Assembly: GCA_963764725.1 (NCBI GenBank)
Contig: CAVXTM010000015.1
Span: 256,001 to 320,000, forward strand
DNA: 64,000 nt
From: an uncultured Gammaproteobacteria bacterium
Lineage (GTDB): Bacteria > Pseudomonadota > Gammaproteobacteria > JACCXJ01
Direction of reading: 5' to 3'
This document shows positions 1 through 11,886 of the stretch, piece after piece. Under the pieces are notes generated by a model that did no database searches, had not been told where the DNA came from, and worked only from the letters and a program-made list of their open reading frames with translations. The translations under genes and the position numbers were made by a program. Each line of letters starts with the position of its first letter. Positions within the stretch are counted from its first letter, which is position 1.

Positions 1-84
1 TTCATAGAATGCCTCTGTAGTGAAAAATTTAAAGAGTGGGCTGAACGGACCGGTAAGCGTCAGGTCGCCAGCGCGTAGGATGCG

Positions 85-265
85 TTTTTCCGGTCAATCT
101 CGCCGAGCGGAAGGGTAACCGTTTGCTGGTCAATGGCATTGATGAGTTGGGGTGGCCTTTGGGTACGTCAGGGAAAAGCATCCATTCCGGTTGGATGCGG
201 TGGTCGTCTTGCCGGATCATTTGTATTTGGACGTTACCTCCCTGTGACACGGATTTTTCCACACA
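85..265 (+). pseudogene. REP-associated tyrosine transposase (RAYT/TnpA-REP) remnant
   Basis: Broken frames read VNLAERKGNRLLVNGIDEL..AFGYVREKHPFRLDAVVVLPDH(L)..IWTLPPCDTDFST, matching the RAYT HUH region; frameshifted and truncated. Confidence 0.7.
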
Positions 266-430
266 TTAGAATTCGCCGAACGGAGGCATTTCTCGTGCCA
301 TCGCAAGAGGCAAACGAATTTCTCAAAGCAGGCGAAACGAAGAGCACGAAGTTTGTGTGGCGCTGGCCTTTTAGTCGGTATCCTGGCCGCGACTGGCTAT
401 AGCGGTGCGTCGTCGCGAGAAAAGAACAGC

Positions 431-3400
431 ATGCGTTACCTAAGCACTTGGCTCGCCTTGGTGGTGAGCTTGTCGCTAGCCGCGGAACCCGCGCCGCGCG
501 CACGCGCGCAGGTGGATGTATTTACACCTCAAGGAACGGTCAAAGGCGTCCGCCAGGTAGCCGTGCGGTTTTCGGAGCAGATGGTCACCTTCGGGGATCC
601 GCGCATTCCCGAGCCCTTCGCTATCGACTGTCCGGAAAGCGGGAAGGGACGTTGGGCGGATGCGCGCAATTGGGTTTATGACTTCGCGCGCGACTTGCCG
701 GCCGGGGTGAAATGCACGTTTAAGCTTAGTAAGGACGTCACCACGCTGGCCGGGAAGTCTCTCGGGGGCGCCCAGGAATTCTCTTTCAATACCGGCGGTC
801 CCGCAGTCATAGCCTCGCTGCCGAGCGAAGGCGATACCGGCATCGACGAGAACCAGATTTTCGTCCTGGCTTTGGACGCCGAGGCGCGGCCCGAGTCGAT
901 CGCCGCGCACGCGCACTGCCAGGTCAAGGGGATCTCGGAGCGCATCGAGATCGATGTCCTCGGCGGTGATAGACGCCGCGAGGTCCTGGCCCAGCGGCGG
1001 CTGATCGGCTATCAATACTTTCGGCTGCTGTGGAAGATCGGCGGCGAGACCACCATCGCGGTCAAGGACGAAGCCCTAGCTCGCGCCGAATCACAGCTTG
1101 CCGTGCTGCGCTGCCGGCGCACCTTGCCGCCGGACACCGAGGTGCAACTCGTCTGGGGTACGGGTATTCGCTCGCTGACCGAGGTTGCGACTGCGCAAGA
1201 TCAGACCCTTGCGTTCAAGACCCGGCCGCGGTTCACCGCTCGCTTCGAATGCGATCGCGTCAATGCCGAGTCCGGCTGCCTTCCCTTGCACGCCATGCAT
1301 GTGCGCTTCAGCGCCCCGATCGCCGCCGGACTCGCATCGCAACTGCGCTTGCGGCGGGAAGACGGCGAAATTTATCCGCCCAAGGCCATCGATGCGGCCA
1401 CGAGCCCCATGATCGACGCCGTCAGCTTCGAGGGGCCGTTCCCGGAACGGACCAAGTTCCAGGTGCTGCTGCCGCCGGAGGTCAAAGACGACGCGGGGCG
1501 GCCCCTCGATAACGCCGCGCGCTTTCCCCTCGAGGTCGCGACCGACGAATATCCGCCGCTGGCGAAATTCTCAGGTGAATTCGGCATCTTGGAGGCAAAG
1601 GAAGGTGGTATCTTGCCGGTGACCTTGCGCAATCTCGAAGCGGAGATCGCGGCGCGCAAGGCCACCCCGGGGATGGACCAGGCTGCCCCGATCGCCGGAC
1701 GCATGCAACGTATCGATCAGGACGACCGGGCGATCGGCCACTGGATCCGGCGCGTCAAGCAGTCAATGGAGCGGCGCGGAAAGTGGGAGAAAACCAGGGA
1801 CGATAAACGCGTCTGGATCGAGATGACTGGCCGTGAGTCGGTGTTCGGTCCCAAGCTGGAAACCACTCAGTTTACCCTGCCCAAACCGGGCGGCGCGCGT
1901 GAATTCGAGGTGGTGGGGATCCCGCTACGGGAGCCCGGATTCTATGTCGTCGAGCTCATGAGCCCGAAGCTCGGGGCGGCGCTCCTCGGCCGCAACGAAC
2001 CGCGCTACGTAGCGACCGCGGCATTGGTCACCAACCTCGCCGTGCATTTCAAGTGGGGGCGCGAGGCTTCGCTCGTATGGGTCACGACCTTGGACGGGGC
2101 GCAACCGGTCCCGGGAGCGGCGGTTAAAATCGGCGACTATTGTACTGGACAACCGATCTGGCAGGGGAGCACCGGCCGGGATGGGATCGCAATGATCGAA
2201 GGCGGGGCCCTGCCCAAGCCGCACGCCGAGACTGACTGTGGCCCGTGGAACCCGGCGCCCCTGTTCGTCAGCGCCCGCACCGGCGATGACATGAGCTTCA
2301 CGGTATCGGGCTGGAATCGCGGGATCCGTCCCTATGAGTTCGAGCTGCCCGTCGGTTGGGAGGAGGGCAGCTTCGTCGCCCATGCCATCCTCGATCGGGG
2401 TCTGTACCGGGCCGGAGAGACGGTGTCGATGAAGCATTACTTGCGGCAACGAACGAGCGGCGGTTTCGTCATTCTCGCAGCCGATCCGCCCGACAAGCTC
2501 AAGCTGCGGCACGAAGGCAGCGGCCAGGAGTACGAGATCCCTGTGGCTTTCGACACGTTGGGGATCGCCGAAAGCGTCTGGCAAATCCCCAAGGACGCGA
2601 AGCTCGGCACCTACCAAATCAGCCTGCACCGGAAAGAGTCCGACAAGTGGCTGAATTCCGGTTCTTTCCGCGTCGAGCAGTTTCGCGTGCCCACGATGCG
2701 CGCGATGATCCAAGCGCCCGCGGAGCCCCTGGTGAACGCGAAGGAGGCGCGGGTCGATCTATTCGTCGGGTATTTGAGCGGGGGCGGCGCCTCGCAAGCG
2801 CCGGTCAAGCTGCGCTCGCAAGTCGTGACCAAGTCGCTCAGCTTTCCCGATTACCCCGAGTTCGCGTTCGGCGGGACGGACGTCAAGGAAGGCATCGAAG
2901 ACCATCAGCGCGACTATGATTATTTCTTCGGTCCGGGCAGCGGAGGGGCCGGCGCCAAGGCGCCCGTGCAGGTCTTACCGCTCACGCTCGATAACGCCGG
3001 CGCCGCGCGCGCCACGATTGCAAACCTGCCCGCGATCGACGGCCCGCGGGATATCGTCGCCGAGCTCGAATATCAAGACCCGAACGGCGAGCGGCTGTCG
3101 GTGTCGAACCGCATACCGCTCTGGCCGGCCAAGCTGCACCTCGGGATCCGCACTGAGCGCTGGGTGGTGGTCAAAGGCACATTGGGCTTCCAGACGGTGG
3201 TCTTGGATCTGGCGGGAAAACCCGTGGCGGGCCGCCAAGTCGCGGTGGAATTGTTCTCGAAGAAAACCTATTCGCACCGCCGCCGTCTTGTCGGCGGCTT
3301 CTATGCCTACGAGAACAAGACCGAGACCCAACGCATCGCCGGCGGTTGCGAAGGCGAAACCGACGACCACGGTTTGCTGAGCTGCGAAATAATACCGGAG

Positions 3401-6248
3401 GTTTCGGGGCAGGTGGTGCTGCGCGCGACGAGCCGAGACGACCTCGATAACAAGGCGTTCGCCACGCGCGAGGTCTGGGTCGCGGGGATGGACGACTGGT
3501 GGTTCGAGGGAGGCGCGGGCGATCGCATGGATCTCCTGCCCGAGCGCAAGGAGTACGAGTCGGGCGAAACCGCGCGTCTGCAGGTGCGGATGCCGTTCCG
3601 TGAAGCCACGGCGCTGGTCAGCGTGGAACGCGAGGGCGTCATCGATAGCTTCATCACCACTCTTTCCGGAAAAACACCGGTGGTGGAAGTGCCCATCAAA
3701 GACCACTACGCGCCGAACGCGTACATCTCGGTGCTGGCGATCCGCGGCCGGGCCGGCGCGGGATTTCTCGCCGATCTCGCACGCCGGCTGGATCTCCCCC
3801 TCGGGGGCGACGACGGTGCGGTCACGGCGCTGGTCGATCTCGGCAAGCCCGCTTACCGCTTGGGGATCGCATCGGTCCGCGTGGGCTGGGCGCCGCATCG
3901 CCTCGCGGTCACGCTGAAACCGGATGCCGAGGTGTACAAGGTTCGCGAGCGCGCCAAGGTGCGGATCACGGTTAAACGCGCGAATGGCCGGCCCTTGCCA
4001 GCGGGAGCCGAGATAGCGATCGCCGCGGTCGATGAGGGCTTGCTGGAGTTGGCTCCGAACACCACCTGGGATCTGCTCGATCGCATGATGGGCACGCGCG
4101 GCATCGAGGTCTATACCGCCACGGCTCAGATGCAGGTTGTCGGCAAGCGCCATTACGGCCGCAAGGCCGTCCCGCCGGGCGGCGGGGGAGGGCAGCAGTC
4201 GGCGCGCGAGCTTTTCGATACCTTGCTCCTGTGGAAGGGCCGCGTAGCGCTCGATGACCGGGGCGAGGCCGAGGTCGAGGTGCCGCTCAATGACTCGTTG
4301 ACCTCTGTCGGAATCGTGGCCGTCGCTGGCGCTGCGGAGGGCTTGTTCGGCACCGGACATACCAGCGTGCGGACCACACAGGATCTGATGCTGCATTCGG
4401 GCCTGCCGGCGATCGTGCGCGAAGGCGATCGCTTCCAAGGGATGTTCACGGCGCGCAATGCCTCGGAGCGACCGATCGCGTTCGCGGCCTCGGCGCGGGT
4501 CTCACCGCAACCCGATCCCGATGCGGCGGTCGATCTTCCCGAACAGTCGCTGGATTTAGCACCCGGACAAGCTCGCGAGCTCCGCTGGGAGTATAGCGCG
4601 CCGGTCGGCGCCGAGGATCTCGTTTGGGAGGTGGACGTGAAGGAACGCGAGGGCGGCGCGAGCGATCGCATTCGCGTCGAGCAAAAGGTGATCCCGGTCC
4701 ATCCGGTCCGCATCTACCAAGCGACACTTACGCAAATTGAAGCGCCGTTAAGCATGCGGAGCGAGCGTCCGAAAGACGCCCTCCCCGGCCGCGGCGGGAT
4801 CCGCATCGCCTTGCGCGGCCGGATCGGGGACGGCTTGAGCGGTGTGCGCGAGTACATGCAGCGCTATCCCTACACCTGTCTCGAACAGCGAATCTCCAAA
4901 GCCATCGCGCTGCGGGATCGCGATCTCTGGGATAAGCTCATGAACGATCTGCCAAGCTACCAAGACGAGGATGGCTTGCTGAAGTATTTCGCCAGTGATT
5001 GGATCGAGGGCAGCGATGCGCTCACGGCCTACGTGCTCGCCATCGCGCGCGAGACCGATTGGCCGATCCCGGACAATATGCTCGCGCGCGCCACGGCGGG
5101 GCTCAAGGGCTTCATCGAAGGTCGCGTGATCCGGGACTCCGCGCTGCCCACGGCCGATCTCGCGATTCGCAAGCTCGCGGCAATCGAGGCGCTCTCGCGC
5201 TATGAGGAGGCGCGCGCCGAGATGCTCGGTAGCGTCAGCATCGATCCGAACCTCTGGCCGACCTCGGCCCTCATCGACTGGATGAATATCCTGAAACGCT
5301 TGTCGGCTATACCGGACCAAGCCGAGCGTGTGAGCGAAGCCGACACCATTCTGCGCGCGCGGCTGAACTTCCAAGGCACCGCGATGGGATTTTCGACGGA
5401 GCGCACCGATGCTCTTTGGTGGCTCATGATCTCCGGCGATGTCAACGCCGGGCGCGCCTTATTGACGGTGCTGACTACGGCGCCGTGGAAGGAGGATGTG
5501 CCGCGAATGGCGCGCGGCGCGCTCGGCAGGATGAGCGAAGGACGTTGGGATACCACCGTCGCGAACGCCTGGGGGGTGTTGGCGATGGAGAAGTTCAGCG
5601 CCGCGTTCGAGGCGGTGCCCGTCACTGGCGCGACCAACGCACGCTTTGGCCAGGAGACGAAATCCATCGACTGGGGCCGAGGACATTCGCGCGGGCGAGC
5701 TGGAGTTCGGCTGGGGCGACGGGCCGACGGCGCTCGCCATCGAACATCAGGGTGGCGGGAAACCCTGGGCAATCATCGAGAGCCGCGCCGCCCTCCCGCT
5801 CAAGGAGCCGCTCTCGACGGGGTATACGATCACGCGCAAGGTCACCGCCGTGGAACAGAAAATACCGGAAGGATGGTCGCGCGGAGATGTGGCGCGGGTA
5901 TCTATCGACATCGAGGCCCAGTCGGATATGACCTGGGTGGTCGTGGATGATCCGATCCCCTCCGGCGCCTCGATCCTCGGCACCGGCCTCGGGCGGGACT
6001 CCCAAATCCTCGCGAGCGGCGAAGAACGAGCGGGCTGGGCCTGGCCGGCGTTCGAGGAGCGGGGTCAGGAGGCTTTTCGCGCCTACTACCGCTACGTCCC
6101 GAAAGGGGTCTTCAAGGTCGAGTACACCGTGCGCTTCAACAACGCGGGCGTGTTCGAGCTGCCGGCGACGCGGGTGGAAGCGCTGTATGCGCCGGAAATG
6201 CTGGGCGAGCTTCCGAACCTTCCGGTCGAGGTGAGGGAGGCGCCGTGA
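431..6248 (+). CDS. Bacterial alpha-2-macroglobulin family protein (frameshift at ~5670-5690; ORFs 353..5950 and 5646..6248)
   Basis: Signal peptide from ATG 431; MG-domain motif DRGLYRAGETV; thioester-like YPYTCLEQ; C-terminal FELPATRVEALYAPE in the second frame; followed by pbpC. Confidence 0.93.
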
Positions 6249-6390
6249 GAGCTTGTGAATAAATCTACTGCGCTCGGCATCTCGCGTTCCGGCGGTGCTC
6301 GGAATCCTCGTGTATTTCAATACACTCCGGTTCCTGCGCTCCGGCGGAACGCGACCAGCCTTCGCTCGCTGACGATTTTTTCACAAGCTC
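6249..6390. mobile_element. MITE, 142 bp, flanked by a TGA duplication
   Basis: Ends gagcttgtgaataaatc / gattttttcacaagctc form an inverted repeat with 1 mismatch; TGA at 6246-6248 and 6391-6393; internal palindrome. Confidence 0.8.
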
Positions 6391-8513
6391 TGAGAGGGAT
6401 CTGCGCGCTCTTGCTCATGAGCACGGCCGCGCTCGCCGATGTTCCCGGCTTCGAGGAGGTAAGATCAGCATGGCGCCCCTCGGAGGCCTATCTCCTCGAT
6501 CGCCAGGATGAGGTCCTGCACGAGCTCCGTGTTGACTTCACGGGACGCCGTCTCGATTGGGTGCCGATCGACGAGATGTCACCGGCGCTGATAGGTATGG
6601 TGATCCAGTCAGAGGATCGGCGTTTTCACCAGCATGCGGGCGTGGATTGGTGGGCTCTCGGAGGCGCGCTGGTCGGCTATCTCAGCGGCGCGAAACCGCG
6701 CGGGGCGAGCACCCTGTCCATGCAGATGGCGGCGATGCTGGATCCCGAGCTCACGCCGGAAAGTAATCGCCGAAGTATCGCTCAAAAGCTCATGCAACTA
6801 CGCGCGGCGTTGCGACTCGAAGAGCGCTGGACCAAAGAGCAGATCCTGGAAGCCTATCTCAATCTCACGAGTTTTTACGGCGAGCTCCAGGGGATCGGCG
6901 CCGCGGCGCGGGAGCTTTTCGGGAAGAGGCCTTCGGGATTGTCCGCGGCGGAATCGGCGGTGCTCGCGGCCCTGCTCCCCTCGCCCAACCGCCGCGGCTC
7001 GCGGCTCGGGAAGCGTGCCTGTGCGATTGACGGTGTCGATGACACGACACCGCGGTGCCTGGAGCTCATGCGCCTGGCGGAAGGCTTGTCCGACAGTCAG
7101 CACCATTCTCGCTTGCCCGTGACTCTAGCATCCCATCTCGCCCACGCGCGTTTGCGGGATCCGGGAGAACGGGTGCAAACGACCCTCGATCGGCGCCTAC
7201 AACACAAGGCGCTCGGAGCGCTCGAGCAACAGCTCGCCGGGCTGCGCTCGAATAACGTCCGTGACGGTGCGGTGCTGATCGTGGATAACCCGAGCGGCGA
7301 GGTGCGGGCATATGTGGGCGCCGCCGGTCCGCACTCGAACGCCATCCACGTCGATGGCGTGCGGGCCCCGCGGCAAGCCGGTTCGACCCTGAAGCCCTTT
7401 CTGTACGGGCTCGCCATCGAACAAGGATATCTTACGGCGGCATCCTTGCTCGATGACTCGCCCATCAATCTCGGAACGGCCTCCGGACTCTACATTCCGC
7501 AGAACTACGACCGCGACTTTAAGGGCTTGGTCAGCGTACGCACTGCCTTGGCCGGATCGCTCAACGTCCCGGCGGTCAGGACGCTGGTAGTGACCGGCGT
7601 CGATGCCTTCCGCGATCGGCTGCAATCCTTGGGCTATCGCGGAATCACGCGCGACGGTGACTACTACGGCTACTCGTTGGCGCTCGGATCGGCCGAGATC
7701 AGCCTCTTCGAGCAGGTCAACGCCTATCGCACCCTCGCCAATGGCGGGATTTACAGCCCCTTGAAGATCTGGCAAGACCAAGCAACGACAGATCCGCCAA
7801 CACGCGTGATGAGCGAGGATGCGGCCTTCATCGTCGCCGATATCTTGAGCGATCGCGCGGGCCGCGCCGTCACCTTCGGTCTCGATAACCCGCTGGTCAC
7901 GCGCTTTTGGACTGCGGTCAAGACCGGCACCAGCAAGGACATGCGCGACAACTGGTGCATCGGTTTCAGCAGCGAGTATACCGTCGGGGTCTGGGTCGGA
8001 AATTTCGAAGGCGACGCGATGCACCGCGTCTCCGGTGTCACCGGGGCCGCGCCTGTCTGGCTTACCATCATGAACGCGCTGCACGCCGGATCCCCAGGCA
8101 CGGAACCCAAGAGGCCATCGAATCTCATCGCGCGTACGATTTCCTTTGAACCCGCCGTGGAGCCGCAACGCCAGGAATGGTTTATCCCCGGGACCGAGAC
8201 CAAGCTCGTTCGGCTGGCGGACCCCGGCTCGCGTCGGCCAAGCATCGTGTCCCCGCCGGACGGCGTGACCATCGCGCTGGATCCGGACATCCCAGCGGAT
8301 AAACAACTCGTCTTATTCGAGACCAGCGGGCTCAGCGACGCTATCTTGGTTCTCGACGGGAAAACACTGCAAGGCAGGGTTAGCGCTTACAAATGGCAAC
8401 CCGCGCCCGGCAAACACACCTTGGCACTTCAGGCAGCCGGCGGTCGTCTATACGATACCATAAGTTTTACGGTACGGGGCTTGAGGCCGGGCTATGCGTA
8501 CCGGAATCGCTGA
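6255..8513 (+). CDS. pbpC: Penicillin-binding protein 1C (transglycosylase/transpeptidase); true start obscured by the MITE
   Basis: EDRRF..H.GVD, RGASTLSMQ, GSTLKPF, SLN and KTGT motifs; C-terminal PBP1C domain; adjacent to the A2M gene. Confidence 0.93.
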   Translation: MNKSTALGISRSGGARNPRVFQYTPVPALRRNATSLRSLTIFSQALRGICALLLMSTAALADVPGFEEVRSAWRPSEAYLLDRQDEVLHELRVDFTGRRLDWVPIDEMSPALIGMVIQSEDRRFHQHAGVDWWALGGALVGYLSGAKPRGASTLSMQMAAMLDPELTPESNRRSIAQKLMQLRAALRLEERWTKEQILEAYLNLTSFYGELQGIGAAARELFGKRPSGLSAAESAVLAALLPSPNRRGSRLGKRACAIDGVDDTTPRCLELMRLAEGLSDSQHHSRLPVTLASHLAHARLRDPGERVQTTLDRRLQHKALGALEQQLAGLRSNNVRDGAVLIVDNPSGEVRAYVGAAGPHSNAIHVDGVRAPRQAGSTLKPFLYGLAIEQGYLTAASLLDDSPINLGTASGLYIPQNYDRDFKGLVSVRTALAGSLNVPAVRTLVVTGVDAFRDRLQSLGYRGITRDGDYYGYSLALGSAEISLFEQVNAYRTLANGGIYSPLKIWQDQATTDPPTRVMSEDAAFIVADILSDRAGRAVTFGLDNPLVTRFWTAVKTGTSKDMRDNWCIGFSSEYTVGVWVGNFEGDAMHRVSGVTGAAPVWLTIMNALHAGSPGTEPKRPSNLIARTISFEPAVEPQRQEWFIPGTETKLVRLADPGSRRPSIVSPPDGVTIALDPDIPADKQLVLFETSGLSDAILVLDGKTLQGRVSAYKWQPAPGKHTLALQAAGGRLYDTISFTVRGLRPGYAYRNR

Positions 8514-8732
8514 GAGGTTGTGAATAAAACCGTCGCTAGTATAGTGTCCCGTAAATAACTTCCATAAAAGCGACTATAAAAATTTTCTCTCCCTCAGGGA
8601 GAGGGCTAGGGGAGGTTAACACCGTGATTCTGACGGGACAGGATACTAGCGGCCCCGGAGCGCCAGGAGCCGCGGATCACGCGAGCACGCGACGCAGCGA
8701 TCGGGATGCGCAGTAGATTTATTCACAACCTC
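8514..8732. mobile_element. Second MITE of the same family, inverted, with a nested insertion at 8540-8645
   Basis: Ends gaggttgtgaataaa / tttattcacaacctc flanked by TGA/TAA; nested element ctag-tatagtgtcccgt...acgggacaggata-ctag with a CTAG duplication and an internal ctctccctcagggagag hairpin. Confidence 0.75.
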
Positions 8733-8814
8733 TAAGAGTGTCATCGATTAAATCCGGTGATCGGCTTCGCGATTTCGCCGCCCCGTTTCGGTTCAAGGTG
8801 GGGATTATTCCGCC

Positions 8815-10735
8815 TCAACCCTCGCATTCCCGCAGTATCGCGCGGAGGGCTTCGAGGTCGGGTGAGCCGAGCCGGGTATAGATCTCGACCGCGCGCCGGG
8901 CGTGGGACAGGGCTTCGGCGGGTTTTCCCTGCCGCACCAGGGCCTTGGCGAGGCGGCGGCAGTTGGAGGCGATAAATTCCTGACGGCCCAGCTTTTCGGC
9001 CAAGGCCAGGGCCTCGCGGGCCAGGGTCTCGGCCCCCGGCCAGTCTTCCCGGTCCAGCGCCAGCCCAGCCAGATTGCCCGTAATATAGGCCACACCTTCG
9101 GCGTAACCGACCGCGCGGGCTATCCGCAGCGCCTCGCGATAATCCCACTCCGCCTCCGCGAGATCGCCGGAGAGCCGCTCGGCACGGGCGAGGTCGTTCA
9201 GGGTAAGGGCCACGTTTTCACTCTCGGCGGACACGGTGCGGAACAGTTCGAGTGCCTCGCGGTAGGCGGCGATGGCCGCGGGGTAATCCGCCTTCAAGCG
9301 GTGACCAAGGCCGCGCAAGCGGATGACGGTGGCACGCTCGCGGGTGCCGGCCTGCGCGGCCTGCCAGTGCGCCGCCGCGCGGTCCGCACAGGCCAGCACC
9401 GCGTCCGCCTGCCGGCGCAGATAGTGAACCCAGCCCGCCTGAAAGGCCCGCCAGCCGGTACTGTCGTGGTCGCCGGCCGCCACGGCCCTGGCTTCCGCTT
9501 GCTGGTTGAGCGAGAGCCGTTCATCCCAGCGGCCCGTGAAATTGAGGAAATTACCTAGCGCAGCACACACGGTCTGGAGCCGTTCATTCGGCCCGGCGAG
9601 GAAGAGCGGCAAGGCAGGGGCCACGGTGGGCCAGTCGGCATCGAGCACCGGGAAGCGGTCGTTCTCGCTCGTAGCCGTTCTCCACGATCAGCGCATAGGC
9701 GCGCTCTTCCAGCCGGTCGCCGGTTTCCGCGACGACTTCGGGCCGTTTGCGCCGCAGGAAGTCGGCGACCATCGGCACGAGGGCGAAGGCCGTTTCCTCC
9801 TGGTCGGGGACGACGAGGGAGCGGTTGGCGAGGGTCCTCAGAGCGGTCTCGTCGGCGTCCTGCTCGAAGAGGGTGCCGAGCTCGGCGATGAACTTCACCG
9901 TCGACCGGCAGGGTGAAGTAGCTGAGAGCGACGAGCACCTTCGTTTCCTCAGCGGTGAACTCATCGCGCAGATCGCCGAAGATGAACTCCAGCGGGTCGT
10001 TGTCCGGCGGCGCGCTGCGGAGGAAGCGCGAGGGCATCGTCGATGGTGCGGCACCTGCCGCGGCCGAGCTGGCCGGCCACCCAGCGCAGGAGCGAGCGGC
10101 TTGCCGCCGGTCTGTTCGTAAAGGCGGATGCGCTCAGCTTCGCTGGTTTTGCGCAGCAGCGGATTGCGCCTCGCGATTTCGGCGAGGCACTCCAGCGCCG
10201 CGGGCTGGTCGAGCTTTTCCAGAATGAGCAGATCGCCGCTGTCACCGATGCGGCGGCGGCTGGTGAGGATGCGCCTTGCAGCCCTGCGGCAGGCGCTGGA
10301 TGAAGGTGAAAAAGCTGGTCACGATCCTCCTTCGGAAGCGATTCGAGGTTGTCGAGGATCAGCAGGGTGTGCTCAGGGGCGAGCGCCTCGAGGAGGAGCC
10401 GCGCCCGATCTGCTTCCGGCGACTTCGCGATCCCCGGCTGGCCGATCAGGCCGGCAATCTCATTGAGCATTTTCAAATACTCGAGGACGACGAAGCCGGT
10501 CAGTTGGCGCGGGCCTTCATCACCCAGATCACGGTCCTTTGCGGAGACGAACAGGGTGCGTTTGAACTGGGCAGGCGGCGTGAGCTCGGCCGCGCGAATG
10601 GCAAACGTGGTCTTGCCCATACCGCCGGGGCCGTCGATGAGGGTGCCCCAGGTGCGATCGCGCGGGTCTAGGGCGTCGGCGATTCGTTTGATTTCGTCGC
10701 CGCGGCCGAAAAAGGGTGGAATGCGCGGGAGATAC
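8815..10735 (-). pseudogene. STAND (NB-ARC-like) P-loop ATPase with C-terminal TPR repeats; N-terminally truncated, several frameshifts
   Basis: PPFFGRGDEI, Walker A GPGGMGKTT and Walker B LLILDNLE (ORF 9961..10620); helical region (9555-10054); TPR repeats (8815..9648); no start codon or effector domain. Confidence 0.75.
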
Positions 10736-10782
10736 CCGGCCTTTGAAATTCTGTCCCCGCAGCTTGGCCCTTGAAGTCCTTT
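10735..10782 (-). repeat. Direct repeat copy A (pentapeptide-repeat gene 5' stub)
   Basis: About 80% identical by eye to 11524-11572; reads KDFKGQ/LRGQNFKGR across an indel. Confidence 0.6.
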
Positions 10783-10827
10783 GGAATTGCGCGTTAAGGG
10801 GCCAGGTCGAATTACGTTCTTCTGACC

Positions 10828-11181
10828 TCACTCTCGGATCCGTAACTTGTCTTCTTCAACGATCCATAGCCGGCGATCGAGCACCTCTGCCGAGAACAAC
10901 GGGATCAAGCCGGCAACCGTCGCCATGACATGCGGCTTGTCATGCCGATGTAGCCGCAACACTACCACGCCCGGATACTGGTTCGGTGGATACGTACGAA
11001 TATCCGCAAAATCCATATCTAGCGTGATTAATGCGCGATCTTCGGCGCGGCATACCGACGCGATACGCGGATCGGCATGGCCGCCAAGTTTCTGATCGAG
11101 CACAGTCATCGCGTCGTAACCAGCTCCTCGCAGAAGTACGGCTATGTCCGCAGGCAGGTTCTCGTTGACCTTGAACTTCAT
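10828..11181 (-). CDS. DUF5615 family PIN-like toxin
   Basis: MKFKVNENLP...G.DA..V...LG...D...RALITLDMDF motif; overlaps the end of the DUF433 region. Confidence 0.88.
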   Translation of the reverse strand: MKFKVNENLPADIAVLLRGAGYDAMTVLDQKLGGHADPRIASVCRAEDRALITLDMDFADIRTYPPNQYPGVVVLRLHRHDKPHVMATVAGLIPLFSAEVLDRRLWIVEEDKLRIRE

Positions 11182-11190
11182 CCGGACGGT

Positions 11191-11448
<258 letters not shown>

Positions 11449-11514
11449 TTACGCCGGGCCTTGGAAGATGTGTATTCCGGCGCGCCAAGGAGAAGGCGAT
11501 TCGGAAGCGTTTCG

Positions 11515-11577
11515 TCACAAGTCCCCGACCTTGAAATTTTGTGCCCGCAGATCGTGGCCTTTAAAGTCCTTTCGCAT
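11515..11577 (-). repeat. Direct repeat copy B: pentapeptide-repeat mini-ORF MRKDFKGHDLRAQNFKVGDL*
   Basis: ATG at 11577 with AAGGA upstream; its stop overlaps the GTG of a TIR-like stub MTKRFRIAFS at 11518. Confidence 0.55.
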
Positions 11578-11756
11578 GGGGTCCTTCGCCGTTTGTGGTT
11601 CGTTTTTGTGACTATAGCCCTTTTTCCTGGCAGCCATGCCACAATCCGTAGCGGCCCGCGGCTGCCACGGGCAAATTTCACCGCTAGGGCAAACACTATC
11701 GGGAATTGAGGCGGGAATTGAGGGGCCAGGTTCGATTGGTTTCAGCGGAAGTCAGT

Positions 11757-11840
11757 GTCGCCCGGAGGGAATGAACTGCAAGCCGGGGAATAGACACGCC
11801 CCTTGTCGCCCCGGATTTGGCTGCCCTTCATCCAGGCTAT
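11757..11840. repeat. REPIN-like inverted REP doublet
   Basis: gtcgcccggaggga...ccgggg / ccccggatttggctgcccttcatccaggctat; same family as 12543-12624. Confidence 0.55.
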
Positions 11841-11886
11841 GACTGCTATACTTGTCAATACGCCCACAATTAGTGGCGGAGGTTCT

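Noticed and set aside
2975-4438. Long antisense or overlapping ORFs (also 24221..25681, 35806..36777, 7197..8306)
   Set aside because: Shadow ORFs of real genes in GC-rich DNA, with no motifs.
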